A stretch of DNA of 30,695 bases from positions 62,001-92,695 of the forward strand of contig KZ538245.1 in assembly GCA_000934665.2 (NCBI GenBank), given 5' to 3'. Below, in pieces: positions 11,345 through 23,819 of the stretch (its first letter is position 1; each line of letters opens with the position of its first letter). Source of the DNA: Catajapyx aquilonaris. Lineage: Eukaryota. The translations under genes were made by a program, and so were the position numbers. The notes under the pieces are model-generated. The model saw only the letters and a list, made by a program, of their open reading frames with translations. It searched no databases and was not told the origin of the DNA.

Positions 11345-11827
11345 CAGACAAGCAGAAATGTTGCTCTCGAGTACTACATAGTATAATATATAGGTTTTAA
11401 TCATTTTCTAACAGCTTGTACTCGTTGCAAGGCAGCAGGATGTGCGAAAATTTCTCCCCTCCCCCGTCCACCTTCCCCACACACACCCCCTCGTCTCTTG
11501 AAACGATCGAATTCCGATTGGCAAAAAGGCTCTTTCGGGTCGGTGTTCTCTCTTCGTCGTGTATAAGTGAGGCTGTGCGCAGATCGTACCATTGGCCCCT
11601 CCACGCCTGCGTCAAGGACCTCTATCTATTCAGCTTTTTGGAGGGGGGACGAGGGGGCGGGGGATGCTGCTGCTGCACCTACACTTACGCCGAGACTTCT
11701 AGAGCACACCAACCTGTAGGCTTCTTTTTTCCACCCACCAACCCACCCACAGTCTATATATCCATAGCAGTTTATAGGCTCTGCTGTTTTTTCCACCTTG
11801 TCTTTCTTTATTTCGTGGTCCTGAACG

Positions 11828-14800
11828 ATGGCTCTTTTCCTGTGTGCCTCTGCTTTCTGCGTGCTCTTCTTGCAGGTGAGCATCATGGTGTGTGAATTAT
11901 TGATCAGGGATTGTTTTTTTTTAAAGTGTCTGGGCAGGTCATGTTGGAGGTCATGCTGAGCAATGTGGTGTCGATAATACATAATTACAAAAAAAGTACA
12001 ATAATCGACTACACATTTGTCAGGATGTAATCTCGAAATTAAAGATTAATTGTCCACTTGCAATATTTGCAGCGTCTTATATATCCGCGTGGCTCTCATT
12101 AAAAGAGACGAATATATTCTTTTAATGACAGCCATGGATTATAAGCAAATGTGCGAGTGCACATTTTTTATCGAGATTAAGTTAAACGCATTTTAAAAGA
12201 GTCATAGCTAAACGTACTTTACTGGTCAGTCACTGACCTCTAATTTTCCAGAAAAAAGTGGGGGAGAAAAATCCCAAACGGAGATAATAACAATAATCAA
12301 CTTCAAACGTATTCAATTTTTTATCGAGATTAAGTTAAACGCATTTTAAAAACAGTAACTTTACTGACCACGTCTATGACCTCCCAATTTTCCATAGAAA
12401 AATTGGGGAGAAAAAATTCCCCAAAAAAGAATAATACAATAATCAGCTTCAAAAACGTATTCGATTTTTTTCGAGATTAAGTTAAACGCGTTTAAAACAG
12501 CCACTTTACTGGCCAGTCACTTTACGTCTATGGCCTTTCAATTTTCCATAGAAAAATATTGGAAAGAAAAAATTCCAAAAAAAAGAGAGAATAATACATA
12601 ATCGGCTTCGAAAACGTATTAAAATTTTTTTCGAGATTAAGTTAAACGCGTTTAAACCAGCCACTTTACGTATATGACCTCTCAATTTTTCGAAAAAAAT
12701 TGGGGAGAATAATTCCCCCAAAAAAGAATCAACTTCAAGCGTTTTCATTTCGGTTTTTCTGTATTACCTTTAAGCCTTGGTTGAATCACTCTTAGTAAAA
12801 TATTGTTGGCAACAATTAATAATTACAAAATTAATTAGGCTAATTAAATCTTCGAGTGTGCAACCGGAATTATAGCGAGGTTTTCTGTTGAATTTCACAC
12901 TGGATTAGCCTATTGAAGTATAATTCACTCGTTTTAAGTGAATTTTTAAAATGCCAGATGCCTTATTAAGTGGTTTATTAAAATTAATATAAGAATTGAT
13001 TTATTGTTTCAGTTGATAGAAATATTTAAAAAAACACGTACTCATTCAAGTTCAGGATGACAGAATAGTTATTCAACATTTAGCGAGTTCAGCTGCCTTA
13101 GAAATTTGTTAATACGTATGAATATTAATTAATTAATTAATTAGCTTGTTTACCTCTGGGAACCCGTTAGGGCTTAATGGTAAGTTATTTATAAACATCA
13201 TAATCAATATTGTACGTATATGTTCATACGTCTATTATTATTGCGTGAAAAAATGTCACCAAATAATTTTTCAATGTAAAATTTTCACTACAATATTTTG
13301 TGACGAGTTGAGCAAATGTGAAAGAAAACTGTAGTGTTTTTGAAACCCGAACATGTCTGCTGGATCCTGTTGAAATGCTAACGGCACTAATCCATTATTG
13401 ATTAAATTCTTGAGGTTATTTCCAGAGCTCTCCGAGGCGTAATTACGTATGCAGAGAGCTGTCGTAATTAATCATTAAATCCGGCTGCCTGAAACTTTTC
13501 ACCCGGCCGTTGGTTTTCCAGGCAAAAAAAAAAAAGAGAGAAGCTTTATTCGCGTGGAATATGCAGCGCATAAATTATAATCCTCTCAACTGGTATGACA
13601 GCCTGCAAGACTCGTGTGAGCTTAGCGCACAGAGAGCGGTAATAAAACTTGAAAATGAAGGCTCAATAATGCAGGGTGCAACAGTGCGAAAATGTGCAGC
13701 ATGACATTAAAACTGCTACAATCGGATCAGTGTAAAAATGTCAAATAAAAATATTTATTATAAATTGCGTATGTATAATACAGTATCATTAATATTACCG
13801 TATTCATCCACCATTAATATTATAATAATATTACAATTATACACAGCTTATATTATATAATAATATTGTATGAAATACAGGGTGGTCCAACTTCAAGTGT
13901 CGTTTTATAACGGCTATTAATAGAAGCGCTTTACAATTGACGTCGCTGCTACGTCATCGCAAAATCACTGCTATTAATCGCCGTTATAAAACGACACTTG
14001 AAGTTGGTCCACCCTGTATTTATCATATATACTTGCAGACCTGCGATTCCTCTCCGCATCACAAGCGTCGTGAAATCCAACCTACAGGTGAGTCTTTTTT
14101 TTTAAATATTAATTTTTCAATATTTATCTTTAAAATTTTAATTTCGACCTAGACCAAACAACTATTATTAACTATGATTATGATAATATTGTTGATTTCC
14201 AGCCGAAATCTGCTCCCTATCCGTAGACAGAGGCACATGCCGAGGTAGTATCCACGCCTATTTCTATAACAAGGTGAGTTCAGCGCGCACTATCCTAAAT
14301 TTATGTTTGAACCTTTTGAACTCTTGTGACCTCTTCTTTTATGTTCCAGTCCAAAAATATGTGCGAAGTGTTTAAATACAGCGGTTGCGGAGGAAACAGC
14401 AACAGGTTCCGCTCCTTGAGCGATTGTTCTTCCAAATGCGTTTCATATCAGCCAACAGTGGCAACAAGTACAAATTCATCTGACGGCCCAAACAATCACG
14501 ACGAAGACTTTATCACAGGTCAGTTTTCCCCACTTTTAATAATATTTTATCAATATAAATGACATTATATTTATTTGCACAGTAAACATAACCGACACGT
14601 GTGAACTTCAGCCAGTAAAAGGAAACTGCCATCAATTGATAACCCTATTTTATTACGACGAGGTGAGCTCATCTTTTATACAGGGTGGTCCAAGTACAAG
14701 TGTCGTTTTATAACGGCGATTAATAGCAGTGATTTTGCGATGACGTAGCAGCGACGCGTAAAATGTCCCACTTCGGCAATTTTACACGTCGCTGCTACGT

Positions 14801-15225
14801 CATCGTTAAGCGCTTCTATTAATCGCCGTTATAAAACGACACTTGAACTTGGACCACCCTATATGATTTTTTTTTACGAGCGCAACCCAGTGCGCACTAC
14901 AGTTCGCGCAGAATGTACGGTTGGAATTAATAATAATTTGCAGGAAAGCGGTACCTGCGACCAGTTCGTGTACACTGGATGCGGAGGCAACGACAACCGA
15001 TTCGACAATCTTCGAGAGTGCGAGGCAGCGTGTCCTCCCGAACACGTGGCACACCCGTACCGGAGTACCGGCAAGACCCTGTACCGTCGAAAGAAGAGCC
15101 GGAAGCGGAAGCTGCTCTCCAGCATCATGAGGAAATCCATGAGAGGATCAGCTCCTGTCATCGGAGACGTCATTTCGCGACATGCTCTATCCATGTTGTA
15201 CATTGTATCTTTAGTCCTCGAATAA
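11828..15225 (+). CDS. Gene D: secreted double Kunitz/BPTI-domain serine protease inhibitor (TFPI-like architecture), exons 11828-11875, 14039-14087, 14203-14273, 14350-14518, 14583-14662, 14944-15225; 232 aa
   Basis: Signal peptide [20 protein letters not shown]; two complete 6-Cys Kunitz domains ([102 protein letters not shown]); all junctions GT-AG and in phase (0,1,0,1,0). Confidence 0.93.
12084..12139. repeat. Small imperfect palindrome (possible micro-MITE)
   Basis: tggctctcattaaaaga / tcttttaatgacagcca inverted pair with TA-rich flanks. Confidence 0.5.
12160..12745. repeat. ~150-160-bp tandem repeat, ~4 units, in intron 1 of gene D
   Basis: tcgagattaagttaaacgc recurs at ~12171, 12324, 12471, 12631. 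Confidence 0.88.
13878..14016. mobile_element. MITE-3 (Tc1/mariner-type, TA TSD), copy a
   Basis: TA|cagggtggtccaacttcaagtgtcgttttataacggc ... gccgttataaaacgacacttgaagttggtccaccctg|TA. Confidence 0.88.
14681..14861. mobile_element. MITE-3 copy b, inverted relative to copy a
   Basis: Same TIR with TA flanks; the internal segment is the reverse complement of copy a's. Confidence 0.88.
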
Positions 15226-16891
15226 ATAATAAAAAAATGGATACCAAAAAAAAGTACACGTGCGGAACTGAAGAAAATAAATGTATGGAATTTGCATCGA
15301 ATTATTTGTTTTATGTAAAAAATATATATAATAATTCAAAGGTAGCTGATTTTATCGTATAGATTTTCTAATCGTGGAAAGGATAATAACTTCATTGCCT
15401 ATTGGAAAAAAAAAAACCATGATGAAAATAGCCTTCAAATTGCTACCTTTCCCTCAATCAATACGGGCAATTATTTTGGGAGGTTCATTGCTCCATGACT
15501 CATGGGAGGGGGGGGGGGGGCTTTCAATTATTCACACCAAACACACACTTTAAAAGTTTAAAGGAAATAATTCAAACATGGCAAATAAACGTGACATTGA
15601 AATTTCAATAGCTGTGCTTCTGATGAAAACTTGGTTGCTGGTATGAACAATCGTTGCATATTCTGAATATGCAATTATTCATCAAAAATTTTAAATTATT
15701 ATCATTTAATTAGCTCTACATTACATGTGATATTTATACGCCATGTTTGCTTGATGGTGACGGTTTTCCTGCACATTTTTTTCCAGACATGTTGGCGGCA
15801 TATAAGGTATCTTTTATGCAGTTAAAAGTGCAGTGATCTGGCGATATCTCTGTCTCGGTTGATGCAAGCTTGACCTTTAATATAATTATTAAATGTACAT
15901 ATAACATCTTACGACTCTATACTCTTTGCATAAATCAAATTGCAAAAGTTTTACTGCAACCCAACTGTAAAAATATGTTCGAAAAATAGCTTACACGTCG
16001 TATTACTGTGGTAAAAATATACGTACCGGTATAGCTTCTAGTTCAGTTACATATTACACAAGTACGTGCAGTACTTTCATGCGCATGCAGTTATATAATC
16101 ATGCATAGTGCACTCACTTCATGATCAGGGGGAAAAAATTGTAATCGCAACCTTGTATTTCATCACTTATATGCCGAGCACCAGCAAAGGTCAAACTTCA
16201 TTTCGGGGTTTAAAAAAATTACAACATATTTTTTAAACTAAATTTGTATAGGTACCGGTATGCCCAACCGTACATAGTCCTTCCTATAAAATTGAGACTC
16301 TGCTCACCTAAGATAAAAATGTCTGCTGTACATTAATATTACGATTAGTCTAGATAAGCATTGTGATAGAACAAGTGCTATAAAAGGAGGCCGCCTATTT
16401 TAGGTGTCATAAATGGCGATTGTCTCCTTCAATATATAAATGTGGACAAGGTCAGCCGGATATTATCAGCAAATGACCTCTCGACCTCTGTACGCACTCT
16501 CTCGAGCCTGAGAAAGATATATCGGGATATTCGCACATAGTGTGACACTCTCAGGCAAGGAATGCAAGTCACGCATCCAATTGCAGGAGGGCTGACCTTT
16601 GACCCCCATACTTTTAACAAGTGCACACGTGGATATATCAAGTTTTAAGTCCCAGGATTCCTGAATGTTGGAGACCACGGTAGAGGGTGAGTCAAAATAT
16701 GAAGGTCATCCAGGCCTAATGTTGATTTTAAAAATATATATCTAGGAGAAATATTTAAACTCGTTTGCATTTTTCGCCAGTTTCAGACAGGCTGGGTCAT
16801 CCTACTTCAGAGATCAAGTAGTTGACCTGTTAGTGGACATTATAGGAGTGACCGCACCAATGAGTGACATCAGTCGGTGGGTCCTGCAGCC

Positions 16892-19800
16892 ATGAGAAAT
16901 AGCAACCACACCTTTTGGCTGTCTGCTGGTGTGATCGTCATCATGTTGTGCGCAGGTAGCGTGGGTCAAAGGACGCTGACCAATCGCGAGTGTCCTGTGG
17001 ATCAGAAAAAGACGAAGCCTACAGGTGAACAGTCTCATCAGACCAAGCTTAACATACTCTACACGGATGTGGTCATGCGACAAATAAAAAGGAAGATCAT
17101 ACCGTGCCAAGGACCAGGTGGTCCTCATGGTACCACACTGTCCATCACCATTCCGCCAAACTGCATCACAGGTGAGGCATTCACAAGTTACAACAACCAG
17201 ACAGTACAGAGAGCTTACCAACAATCATTGATATTTCCAACCGTGGATGCTGCGCTAACAGTGGTGCGCACTCGTGAAAAAACACCTTTCCTTATATAGG
17301 CTACCAATTGTCTTGAGTTTGTGTCTCTGTCCGGGGTGAGTCATCATTACTGATCACTCGGCAACGTGGTAAACGTCTGCCAGTTTGATCCCGAAGCGTA
17401 GCGTTGGAAATACATTCAGCGCAATATACACCCACTATACAGAGAGCTTACCAGCAATCATTGATATTTCCAACCCTGCATGCTGCGCGAACTGCTGTGC
17501 GCATTTGTACAAAAAAAATTATCTACATTGCTATAGACGATTTTTTTTACGAACGCGCACCCACACTCGCGCAAGTCCAGTGTTCCGACAACAACGTTGC
17601 CACAGTTAGGCTACTCCTCATTATGATACCAGGGAGCATATACTACATAAGAGGCGCAAACATTCGATTTCCGCGTCTCTCTGTTTGTGGCCGTTGCCAA
17701 GGCTGGCGGCCATTTTGAAGTGGGGGCAACGCCAACGAGGTATAAATAGGGTACAGGCAAAAATAGGGTCCGCCATCTTTGATTCGCGCGTGTTCTTGCC
17801 GTGTAGTTGCCATGGCCGCCAAAGCCATCAAAGATGGCGGACCCTATTTTTGCCTGTACCCTATTTATACCACGTTGGCGTTGCCTACACTTCAAAATGG
17901 CCGCCAGCCTTGGCAACGGCCCCAAACAGAGACACGCGGAAATCAATGGCGCTGACCGAAGTTAGCGCATCTTACGTAGTATGTGCTCCCTGCCGTTAGT
18001 CTCTATAAGGTTTGCTCCAGAGCCTTGGCAACGTCGCAAAAGTCGGCGTAGTGTTGGAAACAATATGCGCGAACTGTGTTGCGCACTCGGTTGAGATCAT
18101 CAAAGAAATTTATCTTATATTCATCTACCTTCATAATCGGATTGCACTGAAACTGCAAAATAACTTGGCCCAAATAAGTGGCATATTTTAACACCCTTTT
18201 TAGAAATAGCTTCTAGACTTTGCAGAATCTTCATAAAGACATGCCATCAACACGACAACATTCCTTCGCGTAACCATATGCTGTAAACATCCTCGCAGGT
18301 TTAATGTTTCCGGAGCTGCGGGTTTTACAGCTTGTTTTCTCTCGAGCTCAGCAGTAAATAACAAAATATGTCGTACGTGCGTCTGCCTTGAATGAAGGCA
18401 CGTCTCATAATACGTCTTTATAAATATACAAAAAAGATGAATAACCTTTGGAGCGCAAAAAAGGAGAGAGAGATGAGGCCATCTTGCAGACACAAATTGC
18501 GCAAATTCCGTATGTGTCAAAAACACCTAACTTAACACAGGGTGTGATGCACCCAGTCCAAAAATGGAGACGATGGATGTGGAATATTGCTCAAAGGAAC
18601 AAGCACTGTGGGAAAACGTGGCTTCTACTTTTAAAATAATTATTAAAATAATACAAGGAATATGGATGAATCAGGTTTTGCCCTAAACTGTCATGGCGGC
18701 ACATTTTTTTTTCGTTGCAGATATTTTATTAGTCGCTTCTCTTTCTGTAGATGAATATTTACGAGTGCTTACCAGCAATCATTGATATTTCCAACCCTGC
18801 ATGCTGCGCGAACTGCTGTGCGCATTTGTAAAAAAGAAAATATCTATACATTAGCCTACTATAGACGATTTTTTTTACGAACGCAACCGAGTGCGCACCC
18901 ACACTCGCGCAAGTCCAGTGTTCCGACAACAGCGTTGCCACAGTTAGGCAACCAATCGCGAACGTCGGCCATTTTGTTCCCTTCCAATCGTACACTCTAA
19001 GAAATGTCCGGGTTAAATATATTTATCCCGGAAAAAAGATCACTTTTGTCATCCCGGACATTTCTTAGAGTGATACAGAGTGTATACACTCAAAGAAATG
19101 TCCGGGTTAAATAACCATGACAAAAGTGATATTTTTTCCGGGATAAACCCGGACATTTCTTAGAGTGTAGCGTTGGAAATAATAAGTGCATCGCTTATTT
19201 TACCAGTACATCAACTATACAGGGTGTTAATCCTAAGCGTGTCACCAGAAAAGGTGGTGGTAGAAGGTGCAGGTGTGAGCATTTTTGCATAAGGAACTAG
19301 GGGTCGGAAACGCACCCTCACCGAGTTACGCCCCTTTCAAGTTTGAGGCAGGCAGTGTGCACGCGGCGGAGTGACTCGGTGAGGGTGCGTTTCCGACCCC
19401 TAGTTCCTTATGCAAAAATGCTCACACCTGTGCCCTCTACCACCACCTTTTCTGGTGACACGCTTAGGATTAACACACCCTGTAGAAAATATTTGCTAAT
19501 GCGAATAATAGTGTAACTGTGGTGATGCACACTCGGTTTTTCTCGTGTTAAAAATATTCATCTTACAGTTACTATAGAGTACATATGCCCTCCCCTTCTT
19601 GGATTTTGAACTTTTGCAGAGTGCTTATACCCTCAAAAATATAAAAATCCGAGTGCGGGTCACTGACGGGTCAGTTATCGTCCCGAATTTTTCTGCAGGC
19701 CTACTGCTCGAGAGATGAAAACTAGTAGAGAGAGTCAATCGCCTAGTAATATCAGTCAATCACCTTTTTTATCATCTATTTTTTTAAAAAAAGTCGGGTT

Positions 19801-20369
19801 TAAAATTAAGTTGTGTGGGTTCAAAGTTAACTGTTGTGTGACATCATGTTTCAGATTTCCCAGATGACAAGGAGGTGGTGATGAGGTACAGGATCCACCA
19901 GAAGAATGTCCAGGCGATCAAGAAGGCCCGTTTGCTCATACTTGTCCATCAGAATGTGAGTCGTCGTGAGCTGCGTAAATTGAGTCCGTACGTCAGAGCA
20001 CGAGGGATGACGATCCATGGCAGGCCAATGAGGAAGGGCAAACTGGTGGCCTTCGACGTGACCCCTGTCCTCCAGTCCATTTTCAGCGGTCAACTGGACG
20101 TGGACTACAACATGACATTTGACCTGTGGGTCACAGGACAAGATGAAAAGCAGATGTCACCCTGGAGAGTGTTCAGCATAGAGGAGGGTCATAACGGGCC
20201 TCTTCTGGACATCAAGTACAAGAAGCCCAAGTGTCACAGGACGGGATGGTTCGCGACACTCACCCTCGAAGTGGCACCAAAGTTGAGTCACCACGTGCCA
20301 GCTATGAGAAGAGTCTGGACTACTCTTAGATCGAGCAAGTTCAGATTGTTCTCCAGGCGCAGGAACTGA
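16892..20369 (+). CDS. Gene E: secreted TGF-beta prodomain-like protein without a cystine-knot domain, exons 16892-17171 and 19855-20369 (264 aa in the simplest model; 3' end uncertain)
   Basis: Signal peptide (FWLSAGVIVIMLCAGSVG); phase-1 intron at the same position as intron 1 of gene F; colinear prodomain motifs LNILY, AIKKARLLI, VAFDVTPVL, FDLWVTGQD, PLLDIKY. No CxGxC/CxC exon found before gene F. Confidence 0.75.
17180..17610. mobile_element. Cluster of MITE-2 fragments in intron 1 of gene E
   Basis: attgatatttccaacc, tgcgcactcg and ttttacgaacgc motifs; ~17445-17610 is nearly identical to ~18765-18948. Confidence 0.7.
17630..17992. mobile_element. MITE-1 copy 5
   Basis: cagggagcatatactacataagaggcgcaaac ... 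atgtgctccctg; no TSD visible. Confidence 0.92.
18993..19167. mobile_element. Two adjacent ~80-bp CACT-ended mini-MITEs (18993-19072, 19087-19167), mutually inverted, TA flanks
   Basis: TIR cactctaagaaatgtccggg / cccggacatttcttagagtg. Confidence 0.8.
19220..19482. mobile_element. MITE-4 (Tc1/mariner-type, TA TSD), near-perfect ~105-bp TIRs
   Basis: TA|cagggtgttaatcctaagcgtgtcaccagaaaagg ... ccttttctggtgacacgcttaggattaacacaccctg|TA. Confidence 0.9.
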
Positions 20370-20656
20370 GGTCAAAAGTGTGTCAAACTCATCAGGGAAC
20401 ATCAGGGGTCACTTTATGTAGAAAGGTCGTTTGGTCTACACAGCTTTGTTACTGAGATAATAGGCTTCAAATGGTCTATGCTGTTGATAGGTGCAAGCCA
20501 TAATTGATGACGTTTATCGCGTTCCACCAAAGACAACGACACCAGTGTGAACCCAGCTGTTCAAATGACCAACGTGCCGGATCCATCAACCAGGCGAATG
20601 AGAAAAAGTCTACTCGAATCACGCTAGAGGCTTGTGAGTAGCATACTTGGCTAGGT

Positions 20657-21005
20657 CAGGGAGCATATACTACATAAGAGGCGCAAACATTCGATTTCCA
20701 CGTCTCTCTGTTTGGCTGGCGGCCATTTTGAAGTGTGGGGAATGCCAACGAGGTATAAATAGAGTACAGGCAAAAATAGGGTCCGCCATCTTTGATTCGC
20801 GCGTGTTCTTGCCGTGTAGTTGCCATGGCTGCCAAAACCATCAAAGATGGAGGACCCTATTTTTGCCTGTACCCTATGAATACCTCGTTGGAGTTGCCCC
20901 CACTTCAAAATGGCCGCCAGCCTTGGCAACGGCTCCAAACAGAGAGACGCGAACATCAAAGGCGCCGACAGAAGTTTGCGCCTCTTATGTAGTATATGCT
21001 CCCTG
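20657..21005. mobile_element. MITE-1 copy 6
   Basis: Intact termini; flanks gctaggt / gttaagt (5 of 7 match, decayed TSD). Confidence 0.92.
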
Positions 21006-23736
21006 GTTAAGTAATTATGTGGTCCATACAGCCAATGGCAGGATGCAAATCATGCCAGCAACCAATCAGGATCATACAGGCCAAAAACATTTATTTCTGA
21101 TGAATATTGAAGTGAATTTTACATACTGATGTATAATATATACGACGTTCCAGATCAGTTTGTGAAGTTATATTTTTTCAAGATAATTATACCCGAATGT
21201 TTTGAGCTATGAATCCCCCAATGAATATTTATTAGAAATAGCCGGACATTGATGCCTGTGTATATAGGCTTCTTGAAGAGACTAGCAGAAGAAAATGGGA
21301 CGAATTAAAAAATTGCTGGTTTCTGATGAATAGTGTAAAAAAATGTAAATTTACTGTACTGTGCGTAACACTTGTTTTAAATAAAATGGAGGAGCAATTT
21401 TTGTACTGTAACATTGTACCACTTTTATCATAATTTATTATTTGAACTTTTTTGAATTCCTATGAATGTTTCTTCTGTTTTATTGTGTTCATACATGTCT
21501 TACACTTTTTACTTCGGTTTAGTATGGCCCTCAAAAGCGGAAAATATTGTCAGGCGAAAATTTCATGCGAACAACAAAATTTCACGCGGAAAAAATCATG
21601 GTGTAAAATTTTATGCTAAAAATCGCGAAAATCAAATCATGGTCTCATATGTGGCGATGTTGAAATTTTTAGGGATTCATTAAACAATTTTGAGGCCGAA
21701 ATGTTCTTACAATACTTTTGGAATGTGTCGTGAGTGTTTTTGTGTATTTTTGGAAGAAAAAATAATGTTTGGAGCTATTTTCACTATAGCTTGATACTAC
21801 ATATCAATAATTAATAATTATTATTCTCTCTCCGGAAACTTTTGGCAAGTATTATCATTTGTGTGAACACATTTACTGCTAAGCTAAACCCGCAAAAATA
21901 ATACCCAACAATATATTATTGCAGCAGTACCGGTAATATTATTTAGTCATGTATAATACCATAATGTACTACTCCGTTTATTTTTGAACAATGTATAATT
22001 ATTCTGTACAAGGCTCCAGGCCCTTCTTGTAATCTCTGTCCTCCAATAATAATTAACGAATTAATATCCTTTGGGAAGAAATGAAAATATTGCTTTATAG
22101 GCTGTGTGGCCTGTGCGCTGTACATTTTAAGTCATCATAATATTATAATCTATAGTTTTATAAGGTATGTTAGTTTCTTCCAGATGTGATTAAATGGTAC
22201 AAAAAAATGTGTTACCCGAAGTACAAAATAATGCCTTCCTTAGTAAAGTCTCCTACACGACTTTTCAAGTTTCTTTTACTGTCTTATGCATATGCCTTAC
22301 ATTTTGCAATATTTTTTATGAGGTGAAGTTTTATTCTGCTCGTTGTTGATATGCTAATAAATTTTATGCTGTAAGATATGGAAACGTGACATTATACAAC
22401 AAGTGATCAGCTGGTAACAATTGAACTGGTTTTTTTTGTACCTATTGTGTCTGCAAAGTTGGTTTTTAACAATTATGTTATCAGTACACAAAGGGAACAG
22501 TTGATTGGCAATAAATTTTTTACTTGCATTTTTTTACAGGATATGTTTATATAATATTAAACTTCATTTTCAGAGGGAATCGACAATAAATCAATCTTAT
22601 TAATAACTTAATGAAGAGTGGACCATCCTGTGATGATATTTCCGTGAGTGACTAATAATCAACAAAATTTCCACGTGTGTCACACAATATATTATATCGT
22701 CCAAACTGTTATCTAGCTCGACCGTGCTCTCGACCTTCAAGCCAATGCATCTCGCCTTACTCTGATAGCATTGCAGACCTCTGATTAGAAGGCTGCGTTG
22801 AAAGTATATATAAAAATGCATCTTTGTAACAGAGTCATGTTATGTCTGAGCACTTGTCTGACCTTCAAGAAGATTCAAAGCATGTCGTACTTTGTCGGAA
22901 ACAGGATTTCACGCGCACTTGGTATAAAAGTCACATTATGCGATGACAATGACCGCAAATATTTTCTGCTTATTCAATCATTTATGTATAGCCTATATAG
23001 TGCACAGAGTCAAAAGTCAACAAGAGACAGAAAAGATTGTTTACTCTAGAAGAAGGCTTTAAAATGAGCAACATTTTGGATTGTTGCTTCAATTACAATA
23101 TTGTAAACCATCAGAATTAATAAGCATTTCTTCCTTCCTAGCATTTGAGCTAAGTAGGCCTAATGTATGACCTAATTTAATTGACAAGTAGGATAAAAAA
23201 CAAAGCGACACATAGAATTGCAATAAGCTATAATAATAAATCATTAATAATAATTACATGTAGAACCGTAAGTTGTTGTTTTCCTATATAACTTGGTATA
23301 TGCTGCTAATGAAGCGCAAATTTTTTTTGCTTCAAAATCTCTCCGAATTTAGATCTCATTTCATCAGCAGCTTTTTGGCGAGGGAAAAAAATTCGCACAG
23401 GCCTCCAAACTGTCCAAATTTGGTAGGGGTCAGCGACTAATTTTTCAAACAAATAATTTTAAATCTACGCATCGAGACGTTTTTGGAGCCGTCGACGTAT
23501 CCAAATAAAGTCATGCGCATATGGTGTTGTTGTTGCTCCCCTTTTTTATATATATATAGCTCATCATATATGCAAACATATGCGTAAAATGTGCAAATAC
23601 GCACATTACGATGTCTCGAGACGAATTTTTATTGCTGGAAAACACATCGTCTGAAAAGATTTTGTTACACACGGTCAATGATCACTCGTGGTACATTTCA
23701 GCAGGAAAAAAAAACACCTACAAAGAATACTAAACA

Positions 23737-23762
23737 AGTAAGTAAGTAAGTAAATGAATGAA

Positions 23763-23817
<55 letters not shown>

Positions 23818-23819
23818 AT
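23737..23819. repeat. Tetranucleotide microsatellite (AGTA)n-(TAAA)n
   Basis: Read directly. Confidence 0.95.

Larger units (their letters stand above)
18760..19550. mobile_element. MITE-2 host sequence interrupted by two younger TA-targeting insertions
   Basis: MITE-2 sequence resumes (ta|gcgttggaaata) after 19167 and again after 19482. Confidence 0.7.

Noticed and set aside
11416..11895. 159-aa ORF upstream of the Kunitz gene
   Set aside because: Low-complexity translation; the credible first coding exon is 11828-11875 in another frame.
14979..15362. Alternative acidic reading frame ([24 protein letters not shown]) over the Kunitz last exon
   Set aside because: The Kunitz frame is continuous and has the G/C-ending codon pattern; no frameshift is needed.
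20370..20510. Possible decayed mature TGF-beta domain after the stop of gene E (GQKC...SLYV...IGF)
   Set aside because: Only vague resemblance; no CxGxC, CC or CxC pattern in the frames read.
22600..22920. Possible minus-strand exons between genes E and F
   Set aside because: Isolated splice-like signals with no coherent or recognisable reading frame.
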